Shown in pieces: positions 50,318 through 61,974 of a stretch of 64,000 nucleotides of DNA. This DNA is from Callorhinchus milii. Lineage: Eukaryota. The stretch lies in NCBI RefSeq assembly GCF_018977255.1, contig NW_024704743.1:112718001-112782000 (forward strand). Direction: 5' to 3'. The notes beneath the pieces are model-generated. The model did not search any database and was not told the origin of the DNA. It worked only from the letters and a program-made list of their open reading frames with translations. The position numbers and the translations under genes were made by a program. Position 1 is the first letter of the stretch, and each line of letters opens with the position of its first letter.

Positions 50318-52221
50318 AAAATAAAAATGTAACTTATAACCCCAAATAAGATGGTAAGCTTCTGTATTTAACCACTTGCACTTCATTTAGTGGGTGATTT
50401 AAAATGGTTTTCCATGTGTATCTGGTCACTCACACCAAAGTTTTTTTTTAGATCTATTTTTTTATTTTTTTGCGAGTTAAGGGAGAAGGTAATGGGATTT
50501 TTATAGCTTGTATATTACATGATTAAACGTTTTCACACATCCTGTAATGTTCTATATTGGTGTGCAGATGGCTCCAGCTGAGTTCTAACCATTTAACTTG
50601 CAAGAACATTTAGCAGAGGCAGTAGTTATACTTGCTTAATGTGCTGTTAATATGTTGACACGGTGCACAGCTGAGTTTCCGTCCGCTGCCCCTATAGAAT
50701 TGAAACTAGTAATAAAGCCATTTAAAGTATCATAACTATTGTATTAGCATTTAACTACATTTCCACTGCACCACACTATTGCCAAAGAAGTCTGAAAAAT
50801 TATTCTGATAGTTAAAAACGAGTGCTGAAACTAGATTTCTCACATCTTCATACCTGAAGGGGCTGCTATTGACTAAACTGCTCTTCAATCCAAATGACTA
50901 AAGCACTTTCTCTGTAATAAAACAGAAAATGCTGTAACAATTCTGTAGCTGTGCAATTAGTATTCTCCACCCTTCAAAATAAAAATTGAACAGATACTCG
51001 AAGTACTACTAATGTGGCAGCCAATAAAGAATTTTCCTCTTTTCATTCAAAAAGCCATGTTTGTGTATTAAGTACATGAGCTTCCTGGCTGCTGGAGTGT
51101 ATTCGCTGGAGTTTAAAATGATGATAATAATAATACTCACATTTAATTTTGTGGCAGCCAATTGTGCACAGCAGTGTCCCACAAAGAGCCATGCAGTGAG
51201 TGACCAATTTTATTTATTCATTCAAAACTAATTATCATGCCATTCACATTTGACCCATTCCAGCAGTTTTTTAAAAAAAGTTGCTGTTGATTGTTTGCTC
51301 ACTTTGGTTGTTAGCTTTGCTGTGGATTGATATAGTCATCAGCTAAGGATGTCCACGTTCAGTCATTGAACACTTCTGTTTTTTCTTCTTCTCGTGTCAA
51401 TATTATTAACCTTTCAGGCTGGCTGCAGCACTGAGTATGTGCAAAATAAAACTATTTTCATTGCTGCAGCCTGTGAAGGGTGCTCATGTAGCACTAGAAT
51501 AATTTTCTATGGGCTGGCACCGTATCACTGCCAACTAATGTCAAAACCTGGGCAGTTTGTTTGAGGTTGAGACTGACCAAGGTTCATAGATAAAACGTTT
51601 GGTAATATTTGAGGTGATGTTCCAGGTGGTCACCTAGGCATCTTTTTGTTTTTTCACTTTCATGAGCAACACTAATTACTTTTATCAAATAATTCCAAAT
51701 TGAGAAATGATCTATTCTAAATTTATTTATTCTAGTGTCTGCTCTTTAGGTGACGATTGATTGCATTCTGCAGTATGTGGCAAGCTTTTTATCAACTGCG
51801 GTTGGGCAGATGTCTATAATTTCTAGGTTTCTTTGTTGCTTCTTTTTGAATAACANTTTTTTTGAGAATCCATCTAGCCTGGTTGCCATGTAGACGTTCA
51901 GATATTTAGTTTATTCAGACTATATGGTTAACTGATATTTGGATCACTGGAATCATTTTTGTAAAGCCTTGCTTATTGTAATGCATTGTCAGTTAATCAT
52001 AACTGAATTTTTCACTTCTGAAAATAATTCTTATAATGCCTAGATTATAAAAGGCATATAATATATAAGATTAGATATTATCTATTATTACTATCTAATG
52101 ATATATTAGCTAAGATACTAATATAATGATATTATTATATAATATATTATCTAATATATTACATTGGTAAATGTATGGTCCTCAGCAATATAAGTTTATG
52201 ATGAGGAAATCATGCTTATAA

Positions 52222-52702
52222 AACAACAACAAAATTACATTTGTAAAGCGCCTTTCACATCGGGAGGACATCCCAAGGCGCTGGACAGACAGAGTTATGG
52301 ACCCAAGCTGAGGGTCGGGGTGGGGGAAGGTGGAGGGCAGGGGGGAAACAGGGAGATCGAAATCATGGTCGAAGGGGAGGGTCTTGAGGTGGGTCTTGAA
52401 GGTGACAAGGAAGGGGGCGAGGCGGAGGGACTGGGATGGAGTTCCGGAGGGTGGGGGCAGATTGGCGGAAGGCCCGCCCGCCAATAGTGGGGCGGGTGAG
52501 GCGGGGAATATAGAGCAGGCTGGAGCCCGCTGAGCGGAGGGAACGAACAGGGTGGTAGGGGGTTAGGAGGTCGGAGAGATAGGGGGGAGCAAGATCGTGG
52601 GGTGCTTCGAAGGTGAGGAACAGGATCTTGAACTGTATCCTCTATGTGATGGGAAGCCAGTGGAGTTGGGCAAGGTTGGGTGTGATATGGTCGCGGAGCC
52701 TG
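52222..52702 (-). mobile_element. L2 3' fragment
   Basis: Reverse-complement tail and HWLPIT.RIQFKIL-like sequence. Confidence 0.88.
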
Positions 52703-53724
52703 AAGAGATGTTTTCTGACAGGCCGATTGTATTTCCACTCATTGAAAATAATTTTTGCACTGTTTGTTCCAAGGTCTTTCTGATGTCATATTTTAAATTG
52801 AAAGTTTTTGCCACTCATGTCGTCTTAACTAATTCAGTTTTGACTAAAACAAATATAGTATATTAAAAAAGTCTCAGAAATGATTTCAAAAATGTCTAAT
52901 GTAGCTGGATTGAATGTATTTAGTGTGCTGAGTATAAAGTACCAGATCATTGGGAACCTTTTATACTTGGCTCAGGATTTTGTATTTCGGTATTCTGCTA
53001 GGATTAGGAATTATATATAATGAAGGGAAACAAATGGCAATTGGTTTGCTCTTAATTGAATTCTGCAATTACATCAGAATTGTGCTGGATGAAGCATTCC
53101 TTATTTCCAGAGATTAAGTATATAATTTGATTTTGTGATTTACAGTATATTTGTGTATCACCAATGTGTATAATGCGCAGTTTCTGCATTAATTTGTTAG
53201 GATGGATTTTCCTTTTCGCATAGTATGACCCAGTTTCTAGGAAAACACAGAAGTTCAATTCTGACTTCTGGCTCTGTAACTGGTAGAAGCTCAAGAGCAA
53301 AGAGCAGAGCTCAGGGATATGAAAGAAGAAACATCAATTGCAGACTATTCTGTTTCATTATAACTGGTACTTGGGTTCCACTACATCACTTTTTATATTT
53401 ACGTAATCACTAATTACTTTTTTTTCTGTATAGGTGTTTTTTTTACCTCCTGTCCAATTCACAAATCAAAGGTATTATAGTATCTGTCGATCACTGAACC
53501 TTTAAGCTGGCAATAGGATCCTTCTGTCTGAGGTTCTAGGAATGTATTAATTTTGGTTTGACTAATAATTAAAATAGTTCAGTATCTCATTTAAATATGA
53601 TGTAACAAAATTCAAATCTGGTAATTGAATCAATTTGACTAGAAACATTGGGTTACTTACCTAGTTTACATAAGCAACTCACATTTCACAAGATTACAAG
53701 GGAGCTCTAGATGAAGATCAATCA

Positions 53725-54326
53725 GTAATGCTCACCGCTGAGTCAGAAGGTTGTGAGTTCAAGCTCCTACGTCAGGACTTTGAGCTTACCCTCGATGCTG
53801 CCACTGCACTGCAGTTCTGGAGGTTGCTGTATTAATAATAATAATCCTTGCATTTGATATAGCGCTTTTCACGTTGGGAGGATGTCCCAAAGCATTTCAC
53901 AGAACACACTGTAAAGTGAATTGACTGTATATTTGTGGGCGAACGCGGCAGCCAATTGCGCACAGCAATGTCCCACAAACAGTCGTAGATTGAAAATGAC
54001 CAATTTATTATTCTTTTTGGTTTTGGAGGGATTATTATTAGGCTCTTGTGTGGAATAAGGAAACTTGCCCAAGGTTTCGCCCTGCCTGGAATTGAACTCA
54101 GGTCTCTCGCTTGCAAAGCGAGTGCTCTAACCACTGAGCTACAGGACTCCACAGTCCTGTATTGTCTGTCATTGTTTAGATGAGACGCTAAACCAATGTT
54201 TTGGGTAGAGATTAAAGATCCCATGGCTCTGTCCTGAGCAACAATCGCCTTAATAAAATTAGTTATTCACTTCAGGTGTTTGTGGGACATTGCTATGTGT
54301 ATCAAATGCAAGGATTATTATTATTA
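53725..54326 (+). mobile_element. Old DeuSINE split by a young antisense SINE
   Basis: Head gagtcagaaggttgtgagttcaag; Deu segment resumes at ~54160 (agatgagacgctaaacc...ttaaagatcccatggc). Confidence 0.7.
53833..54152 (-). mobile_element. Young SINE, short form, full length
   Basis: Near-identical family copy; possible CTGTATT target duplication. Confidence 0.93.
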
Positions 54327-55259
54327 GAAGAAGAGCCTCAGCCAAGACCACCATCTGCAAATGCTAATTTTCCAGCTGATTCATTAGATAATGGGCTTAT
54401 GTGCACTGAGTACCATGTGTTTCTGTTTTGAAAAAGTATATTTGATGCAAGATTCACTCCTCATAGACCAATCCAGGAAGATAAACCAGATGCCACAGAT
54501 CTGAGGCTTCTTAAGGGTTAAACGTGTGGAAGAGGTAAAATAATTTAAATGTTTACTTTCTGTGGGGAATGCAGGAATGGATAAAGAAACAAAAGGGAGT
54601 TGTTCTGAAACTTTTACTAGTTCAATGCTTTTTCTTACAAGTGTGCTTTGTTCTGAATACAATGATTGAGAAACACAAGGAAATAAATATCACAAGATTG
54701 CTTTGGATGAAAAATGTCCTTCAGCCCACTTGTTCTCAGCCTTCAAGATGACCCAGCCTACAACCCACCCATCACAGCATAGAGGCATTGAACTTTTTTT
54801 AAATCAGTCCAGCATCTTGATCTCAACTATCCTCTCTGGTAGCCTGCTCCAGTCTTGAATTACCCACTAGCAAAAGAAATACTTCCTGGTTTTCCCACTG
54901 CACATTACAAATTGATTGGTATTGTTGTATTGATTGAAACAATAGTCTTCATTGTAAGCAGTTAGCTTTTAAAGTCTTGGCTACAAACCAAGGTCACCTC
55001 CTATCTGTAATGAATCTAATAACTATTTCCTGTAGGTATAAATGTTAGTAGATCAGCACTTCAACTGAATGAAAGAAGCAGAGATTGTTATAGAGGTCAC
55101 TTAAGTTATAGAGCTCAATCATCATATCCTGTGGAGTGAAAGAACTGGCTGCAAAGATACACAACTGAAAACGCAAAAGTACTATAATTCAATCGAGTGA
55201 ATATTAGATTTTGCAGTATGTATTCTGTACTGTGTTCAACAAAATAATCCTTTCCAATA

Positions 55260-55597
55260 AATCCTGTGAAGTGCTTTGAAACTTCCCAACCTGAAAGGCA
55301 CTGTATTAAATGTAAGGATTATTATTAGCTTAGTAGTTAGAGCACTTGCTTCCCAACCGAGAGGACCTGGATTCGATTTCTGGGCAGGGCGAAATGTTGG
55401 GCAAGTTTCCTTACTCTACACTACTCTGTTTACCTAGCAGTAAGTAGGAACCCGGTTGTCAGTTGATTGACAGATCGCTTTTCTGAGGGTAATAATCGCT
55501 TCAAAATAAATATAAACAGTACATTCTGTGAAGCGCTTTGAGATGTCTTGAAGATGTGATAAGGCACTATTATCAAATGCTAGGATTATTTAATTAT
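55260..55597 (+). mobile_element. SINE tail plus long-form SINE with internal deletion
   Basis: Head, central segment and tail motifs. Confidence 0.8.
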
Positions 55598-55639
55598 TTA
55601 TTCCACTGACACTGTAACCATCCCCCTAAAGACATTCTG

Positions 55640-57050
55640 ATATCACCCCTACCCTCAAAAAAAAAAACTTTCCCTTGACCCATCTCTGCTCTCCCAACTA
55701 CCGCCTCATTTCAAACCTTCCTCTTCTATCAAAGGTCATGGAACAAGCTGTCGCTTCCCAGCTTTTTCCCAGCTCTTTCCTCTCCCAGTGTTCCCTCCGT
55801 GAACTGCTCCAACCTGGGTTTTGTGTGGCTCACAACAGAGACAGCCCTGGTCAAAGTGACAAATGACCTGTCCACCTGCAAGCATAGCTCTCTCTGTCTT
55901 CTCAACCTCTCGGACGCTTTTGATACTGTTGACCATTCTATTCTTCTCCACCACCTCTCCTCTCACCTCAATGGTTCTGTTCTTGCCTGGTTCCAATCCT
56001 ACCTTTTCCACCTTCTGCACTTTGTGGCCACCAACGGCTTCTCCTCTAGACCCTACACTGTCACATGTGGCGTCCCTCAGGACTCCGTCCTCGGTCCCCT
56101 CTTCAATCTGTTAATGCTCCTGCTCGGTGATCGCTCGCAGGGATGGGGTCAATTTCCACATGTATGCAATGATATCCAACTCTCTTGCCGCCAGAAGCGT
56201 TGATATTCTGGCTAATTTTCTGTCTGACATCAAATCCTGACGAGAGCCAACTTCCTCCAGTTCAATGTTGGCAAGACAGAAGCTCCTGCTTGGCTCCCGG
56301 TAGCGCCTCCTCACCTCAGCCACTGACATTATCACCATTCATGGCTGCACTCTTCACCTCACTGAGCCAATCCGAAATCTCTGTGTCCTTTTTGACCCTC
56401 AGTTATCCTTCAAACCCCACATTCATGCTGTGACCCGTTCTGCCTTTCCAAACCTAAGCAACATTGCCCACCTCTGCCACTGCCTCTCACCGCAGGCTGC
56501 CTAGACCCTGATCCACGCTTTAATTATGTCCTGGTTTGACTATGCCAACTGTCTGCTTATTGGGCTTACCAACTCTCCATCCACAAGCTGAAGATTATTC
56601 AGAACTCTCCAGCTCATGTCCTCTCCAGCACCAGGCTCCCGGAACCTATCACCCCCGTTCTTGCCCAAATTCACTGGCTCCCCATTCCTCAAGAGAATCG
56701 AGTACAAAACCCTCCTTACCTTCAAGGCCCTCCAAGGTCTTGCTCCGCCCTACCTCTCCGACCTCATAACCCCATATCAGCCTGTCTGCTCCCTCCGCTT
56801 GGCGGGCACCAGCCTGTTTCAGGCTCCCCGCAGTTCCCATCCCACCATTGGCAACTGGGCATTCAGCGCCGTCTGAAGACCTTCCTCTTCAACCATGCCT
56901 TTGGCCACCTCCCGCCCACTCCCGCCCTCCTCCCCTTCTGACCCCAACTCCCAGCCTTCCTCCCAGCTGACCCCAACTCCCCTGATTGTCCAGAGCCCTG
57001 GGATGTCTTTCTGATGTGAAGGGCGCTATACAAGTGTAATTTGTCATTGT
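55640..57050 (+). mobile_element. Old L2 RT-to-3'-end fragment
   Basis: NYRLISNLPLLSKV, TETALVKVTND, AFDTVDH, CGVPQDSVLGP; tail. Confidence 0.88.
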
Positions 57051-57714
57051 TAAGGATTATTATTATTTTTCTTTGTCCAGATCATTAAAAGTAATAACAC
57101 ACAGGGATTGCCATATATGTAATGGTTTAATATGTAGTATCCAGCAAAAAACCCTAACATTTAAGTGTCAAAATTACAGTATTCCTTATTTATTGTTGGC
57201 AATAACGTATTTGTATGTAAATACAATCCAGAATGCTCTATTGCCATGTAGGCTGTTTAAATTTAGAAGAGAGAACATGCCTACTAGCAATGATCACAAG
57301 AAATTGTATCTATACTGTAATCAGATACAATGGTGTATATGGTGAATTTAGAGAGCTAAAACCTGTAATAAAAACATAGACTGTATAGGTTATACTTTCC
57401 TTGTGTTGCAGCTTCATATTTTAAATTAGTCTTTTTGCTAAATATATACACTGAGCTCAGTCATAACAATCCAGATCTCAGTCTCTTCAATAACATCTGC
57501 GATTCTGATCTATTTCCGGTCCTTGACCACTGGTCTATTCTTATCTCTCCTCCCAGTCTCAGATCAGCACCTGGTTGAATCCCAAATGCATGAACCAATT
57601 GACATATATCATGATTCTCCTTAACAAGCTGCATTAGATAATAGTTAATTGTTGTACAATAAAGAAATAATGCTCCGCATCCATAATAATGCTCCGCATC
57701 TTAAACACCTCCAC

Positions 57715-58080
57715 ATGAGGTGTTTAAGATGATCAAGGGATTTGATAGGGTAGATACGGAGATGCTATTTCCTCTGAGGGGAATCCAAAACAAGTGCGTA
57801 GTCTTAAAATCAGAATCAGGCCATTTAAAAGTGAAATCAGGAAGCATTTTTTCATTCAAATTGTGATAGAAATCTGGAACTCTCCCCCAAAAGGCTGTGG
57901 ATTCATCCATACTTTCAAGATTGAGCTTCCTAGATTTTTGGTTGGTCAGGGTATCAAGGGATATGGGGAAAAAACGGGAAATTGGAATTGATAGGATTAG
58001 TTGAGGTGCAGATCGACTATGATTTAATTGAATGGCGGAACAGACTCAAAGGGCTGAATGGCCTACTCCTGTTCCTATGT
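57715..58080 (+). mobile_element. CR1 3' fragment
   Basis: EVFKMIKGFDRVD..., LKIRIRPFKSEIRKHFF, IWNSPP; gggctgaatggcctactcctgttcctatgt end. Confidence 0.85.
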
Positions 58081-58087
58081 TAACAAA

Positions 58088-58530
58088 AATAATAATCCTT
58101 GCATTTGATATAGCGTTTTTCACGTCTTTTAGACGTCTCAAAGCGCTTCACAGAATAGACTGTAAAGTGAATTGACTGTTTATTTGTGGGTAAAATGTCT
58201 CAGCCAATTGCGCACAGCAGTGTCCCACAAACAGTGTTGGATTGAAAATGACCAATTTATTATTTTTTGGTTTTAGAGGGATTATTATTAGGCGTGTGGA
58301 GTAAGGAAACTTGTCCAAGGTTTCGCCCGGCGTGTATGTTCCACAGCACGGTGCAAATAAAATTGGTCATTAATTTCATGGCTGTTTGTGGGATATTGCT
58401 GTGTGAAAATTTGTTGCTGGATTTGCGCACAAAGCACATAGCCATTGCACTTCACAGTATATCTTGTGAAGCACTTTGAGACGACATCCCAACATGAAAG
58501 TTGGCATACCAAGTGCAAGGATTATTGTGA
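58088..58530. mobile_element. Two SINE fragments in opposite orientation (58088-58330 minus; 58355-58530 plus)
   Basis: Body and tail motifs on opposite strands. Confidence 0.8.
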
Positions 58531-59227
58531 TTTATTTATGTTACTCCCTTTTGAAAGTTGTTATTGAATCAAGCTTGCTCAAGTGAAGTGTAAAAGCAGG
58601 CTGGGGTTACTGAATCTCTTGATTTTTCTTCTCTCCCAGTAGCGAAGCAGCAAGTCTCTACTTGGTGCCTTTCCTGCAATACAGCTGTTTTTGAGAAATA
58701 GCCATCTGGAGAATCACAGGCATCAACAATGTTTTCAGGCGTCCAAAATGACTTTAATTAGCTTTGTATATTGTGCATATCTGGTGGCTATATAGCACCA
58801 ATACTCCCAACCTCTGGAACTCCCTCCCACAAATGCTCCATCTCACCCCCTCCCTCTGTAATTGTCTTTACAGCCTGCCTAAACACCTAACCCTTCGACT
58901 GTGGTATAGTTGCCTCAACCTCTCCTCCTTCCTTGCTCGGTTTCCAACTCCGTCCTATTTTTGTGAGCATAAATATAGACAATGGTGAATTATTACTCTG
59001 TGCTACGCAGTGTGTTGTGACCTTCCTCTGGGTGAAAACAAACTCATCTCTTTGCAGGCGAGACAGATAGTTTATTGCGGTAATGCGGAGTCACGGGACA
59101 AAGGGATACTTGGGAGTCACTGGACAAAGGGAATGACACAAAACTGCACACCCAATTATGTTATATTGCCAACAAACTAAAGAGGACAGACCTCAACCCT
59201 GAACACAAATTGTTTTACTTCCACCAA

Positions 59228-59556
59228 GTGGAGTCCTGTGGCTCAGTGGTTAGAGCACTCGCTTTGCAAGTGAGAGACCTGAGTTCAATTCCAGGCAGAG
59301 GGCGAAACCTTGGGCAAGTTTCCTTACTCCACACAGAGCCTAATAATAATCCCTCCAAAAAAACAAAAATAATAATAAATTGGTCATTTTCAATCTATGA
59401 CTGTTTGTGGGACATTGCTGTGCGCAATTGGCTGCTGCGTTCGCCCACAAATATACAGTCAATTCACTTTACAGTGTGTTCTGTGAAGCGCTTTGGGACG
59501 TCCTCCCGACGTGAAAAGCGCTCTATCAAATGCAAGGATTATTATTATTATTATTA
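59228..59556 (+). mobile_element. Young SINE, short form, full length, just upstream of the UBE2W promoter
   Basis: tRNA-Ala(TGC)-like head (stem CTCGC-TTTGCAA-GTGAG), B box GAGTTCAATTCC, L2-type tail, (ATT)n. Confidence 0.95.
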
Positions 59557-59779
59557 GATGTCATTGGATTGGATTGTCATTGGATTGGATTGTCATCGGA
59601 TGTCATTGCAGTTGGAAATTCCCCACAGTGAGGCAGAGGCTATGTTCTTTCTCGCAACCTTTGCATTTATTGCTACAGTCGGCCCCAGTGAAGGAATCAT
59701 AAAAGAAGTCATGTCAGTCGAGCTGTAACCTGCAGCCACTGCAGCCAAGACAAGAAGCTCCACCAAGTCACACCTCACT

Positions 59780-60370
59780 GCTGGGTGGCTCTGCACGTAG
59801 CTTGCGTAGCGCGGTGACGTAGTGACGCAGACGACTGACGCTCGGAGGGACGGACGGAGGGGAGGAGGAGGTGGGGGAGGGGGGGGGTTCCATCATGGCG
59901 TCGATGCAGGTGAGCGTGTTACCGACTCGGGACCGGGCGCTGCCTGGCGGCGGGCGGGCGGGGCGGGGCGGGTCGGGCGGCCGCGCTCGGCTGCCCGCGC
60001 ACCGAGAGGCCGAGTGGCGGCGGGTACCCGCCGGGGTCCGCGGGGAGGAGCGGGAGGGCAGCGGCGGCCCCGCGGGCGTCCCCATACGTTGTCCCGGCTG
60101 CTAAATCTTTGTTTTGAAGTGGCCGGTGGGGGGGAGGGGAGGGGAGGCCGAGAGCTTGGGCCCGGCCCGTGCCTGTGCCTGGCGGCCTCTCCGTTCAGGT
60201 GATAGGCGGCGGCGTCAACATCAAACGTAGTTGCCGGTTTCGTACCGGGTCCTGAAGGTTACAGGTGTCAAGAGGCCGAGTCCGCGGCGGCGGCGGCGGC
60301 ATAACCGCGGGGCTGAGTGAGTGAGTGAGGGAGAGAGTGAGTGAGGCGGCTCGGCTCGGCTCGGCCCCCG
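59780..60370 (+). promoter_or_regulatory. UBE2W: UBE2W CpG-island promoter
   Basis: CpG-rich; tandem TGACG (CRE/ATF half-sites) at ~59814-59827; GC boxes after exon 1. Confidence 0.75.
59895..59909 (+). CDS. UBE2W: UBE2W exon 1 (MASMQ)
   Basis: tccatcATGGCGTCGATGCAG|gtgagc. Confidence 0.93.
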
Positions 60371-61254
60371 CCTGGTGCTGCTCTGGGTTTGTCTGTGTTT
60401 TAATCAAAGGAGTTTGTCGCCCAAAGAACAACGAGCCGCTCGCTTTCTGACCCCGACTTCGGTTTGCCCTGTTTCTCTCTCTCTCTCTCTCTCTCTCCCC
60501 CCCACACACACACACACAAAAAGGACCGTGTGCAGTCACGTCCTTCCCAAACTATATAACACGACCGAGGGATTTGTTGTTGACTGCTATCTCGCAGGCG
60601 GTGCAGCCTTGGCTTTCCGTCGAGTCTCTTTTGCGTTGCATCTCTTTAACTGTGTTTCTATCTGTATGGCGTCTCTGTGTGTGTGAGTGTGTGCGTGTGT
60701 CTGTCTGTCTGTGTGTCTGTGTAAAAGAAAAGATCATCAGTTAAACAGGAACTCGAAATGCGGAGTTGTTTGTGGTTTTGCCGACCCGTGTCCCACGTCC
60801 ATGGGACTGGAGAAGCTTCAGTGCCGCCGACACAATTTTTAAAAAAAAACACAACCCAATGGTTCACGACCTAAAGCTCAGTAAGTGTTAGCTTTGTTGT
60901 GGGATCCATTAGACCGCAGGAAAAAGGTGGAGGTACGGTCCGTCAAATCCACGTCTGGTATTTTCAATGTACTAATGCAGTGATCGGTTAATACAATTAC
61001 AGTTTGTAACCAGACATACTTATATATAAGTAACGAAAGCCCCAAAAGGTAGGAACCTGTGGGATTTGGTGAAAATGTTGTTCCATACAAAATTTGCTTA
61101 TGTTTTGGTTCAGTGCTGTTGTTCTGTACTCCTGTCGAATAAGATTATTTTGTTTTACAGAAAGTCAGCTTTAATCCAACACTGTTTCACAAAAGTAAAG
61201 ATTTGATCTATCAGAATTAATGGAATTATTTGAACAATTACACTTTGTTTCTTT

Positions 61255-61369
61255 GTTTTCGCCCACAAAGTATGCAGTCAATTCACTTTACAGTACATTC
61301 TGTGAAGTGCTAAGAAACATCTTGGAGACATAAGGTGCTATTTCAAATGTGAGGATTATTATTATTATT
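61255..61369 (+). mobile_element. SINE 3' fragment
   Basis: cagtcaattcactttacagt...tgtgaagtgc...gattattattatta. Confidence 0.8.
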
Positions 61370-61401
61370 GTTTCTAACTACTGTATGCATTCTCTTATTA
61401 G

Positions 61402-61493
61402 AAAAGACTACAGAAAGAGCTGATGGCTTTGCAAAATGATCCACCCCCAGGAATGACTTTAAATGAAAAGAGTGTGCAAAATTCAATTACACA
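61402..61493 (+). CDS. UBE2W: UBE2W exon 2; gene continues beyond the window
   Basis: 92 nt, KRLQKELMALQNDPPPGMTLNEKSVQNSIT(Q); ttag acceptor, gtaagt donor. Confidence 0.97.
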
Positions 61494-61651
61494 GTAAGTA
61501 GTTTAAAATATTTTCAGCAATTTTAAAATGTCTGCAAAGCAAGCTTCATCCTTCCTGTACAATTGTCTAGTTCTGAAGATCTCTGAACCAGTTGCATAAA
61601 ATTTCAGTTGGATGCAATTTCAATTCGATAAATGCTGGTTATATTCTGGCA

Positions 61652-61974
61652 GAATAATAATAATAATCCTTGCATTTGATATAGCGCTTTTCACGTCAGG
61701 AGGACGTCCCAAAGCGCTTCACAGAACACACTGTAAAGTGAATTGACTGTATATTTGTGGGCGAACACGGCAGCCAATTGCGCACAGCAATGTCCCACAA
61801 ACAGTCGTAGATTGAAAATGACCAATTTAATTATTGTTTTTGGTTTTGGAGGGATTATTATTAGGCTCTGTGTGGAGTAAGGAAACTTGCCCAAGGTTTC
61901 ACCCTGCCTGGAATTGAACTCAGGTCTCTCACTTGCAAAGCGAGTGCTCTAACCACTGAGCTACAGGACTCCAC
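61652..61974 (-). mobile_element. Young SINE, short form, full length
   Basis: Near-identical family copy. Confidence 0.94.

Noticed and set aside
59228..59300. tRNA-Ala(TGC)-like sequence (also in the other SINE heads)
   Set aside because: It is the SINE head: no proper acceptor stem, and it continues into the SINE body.
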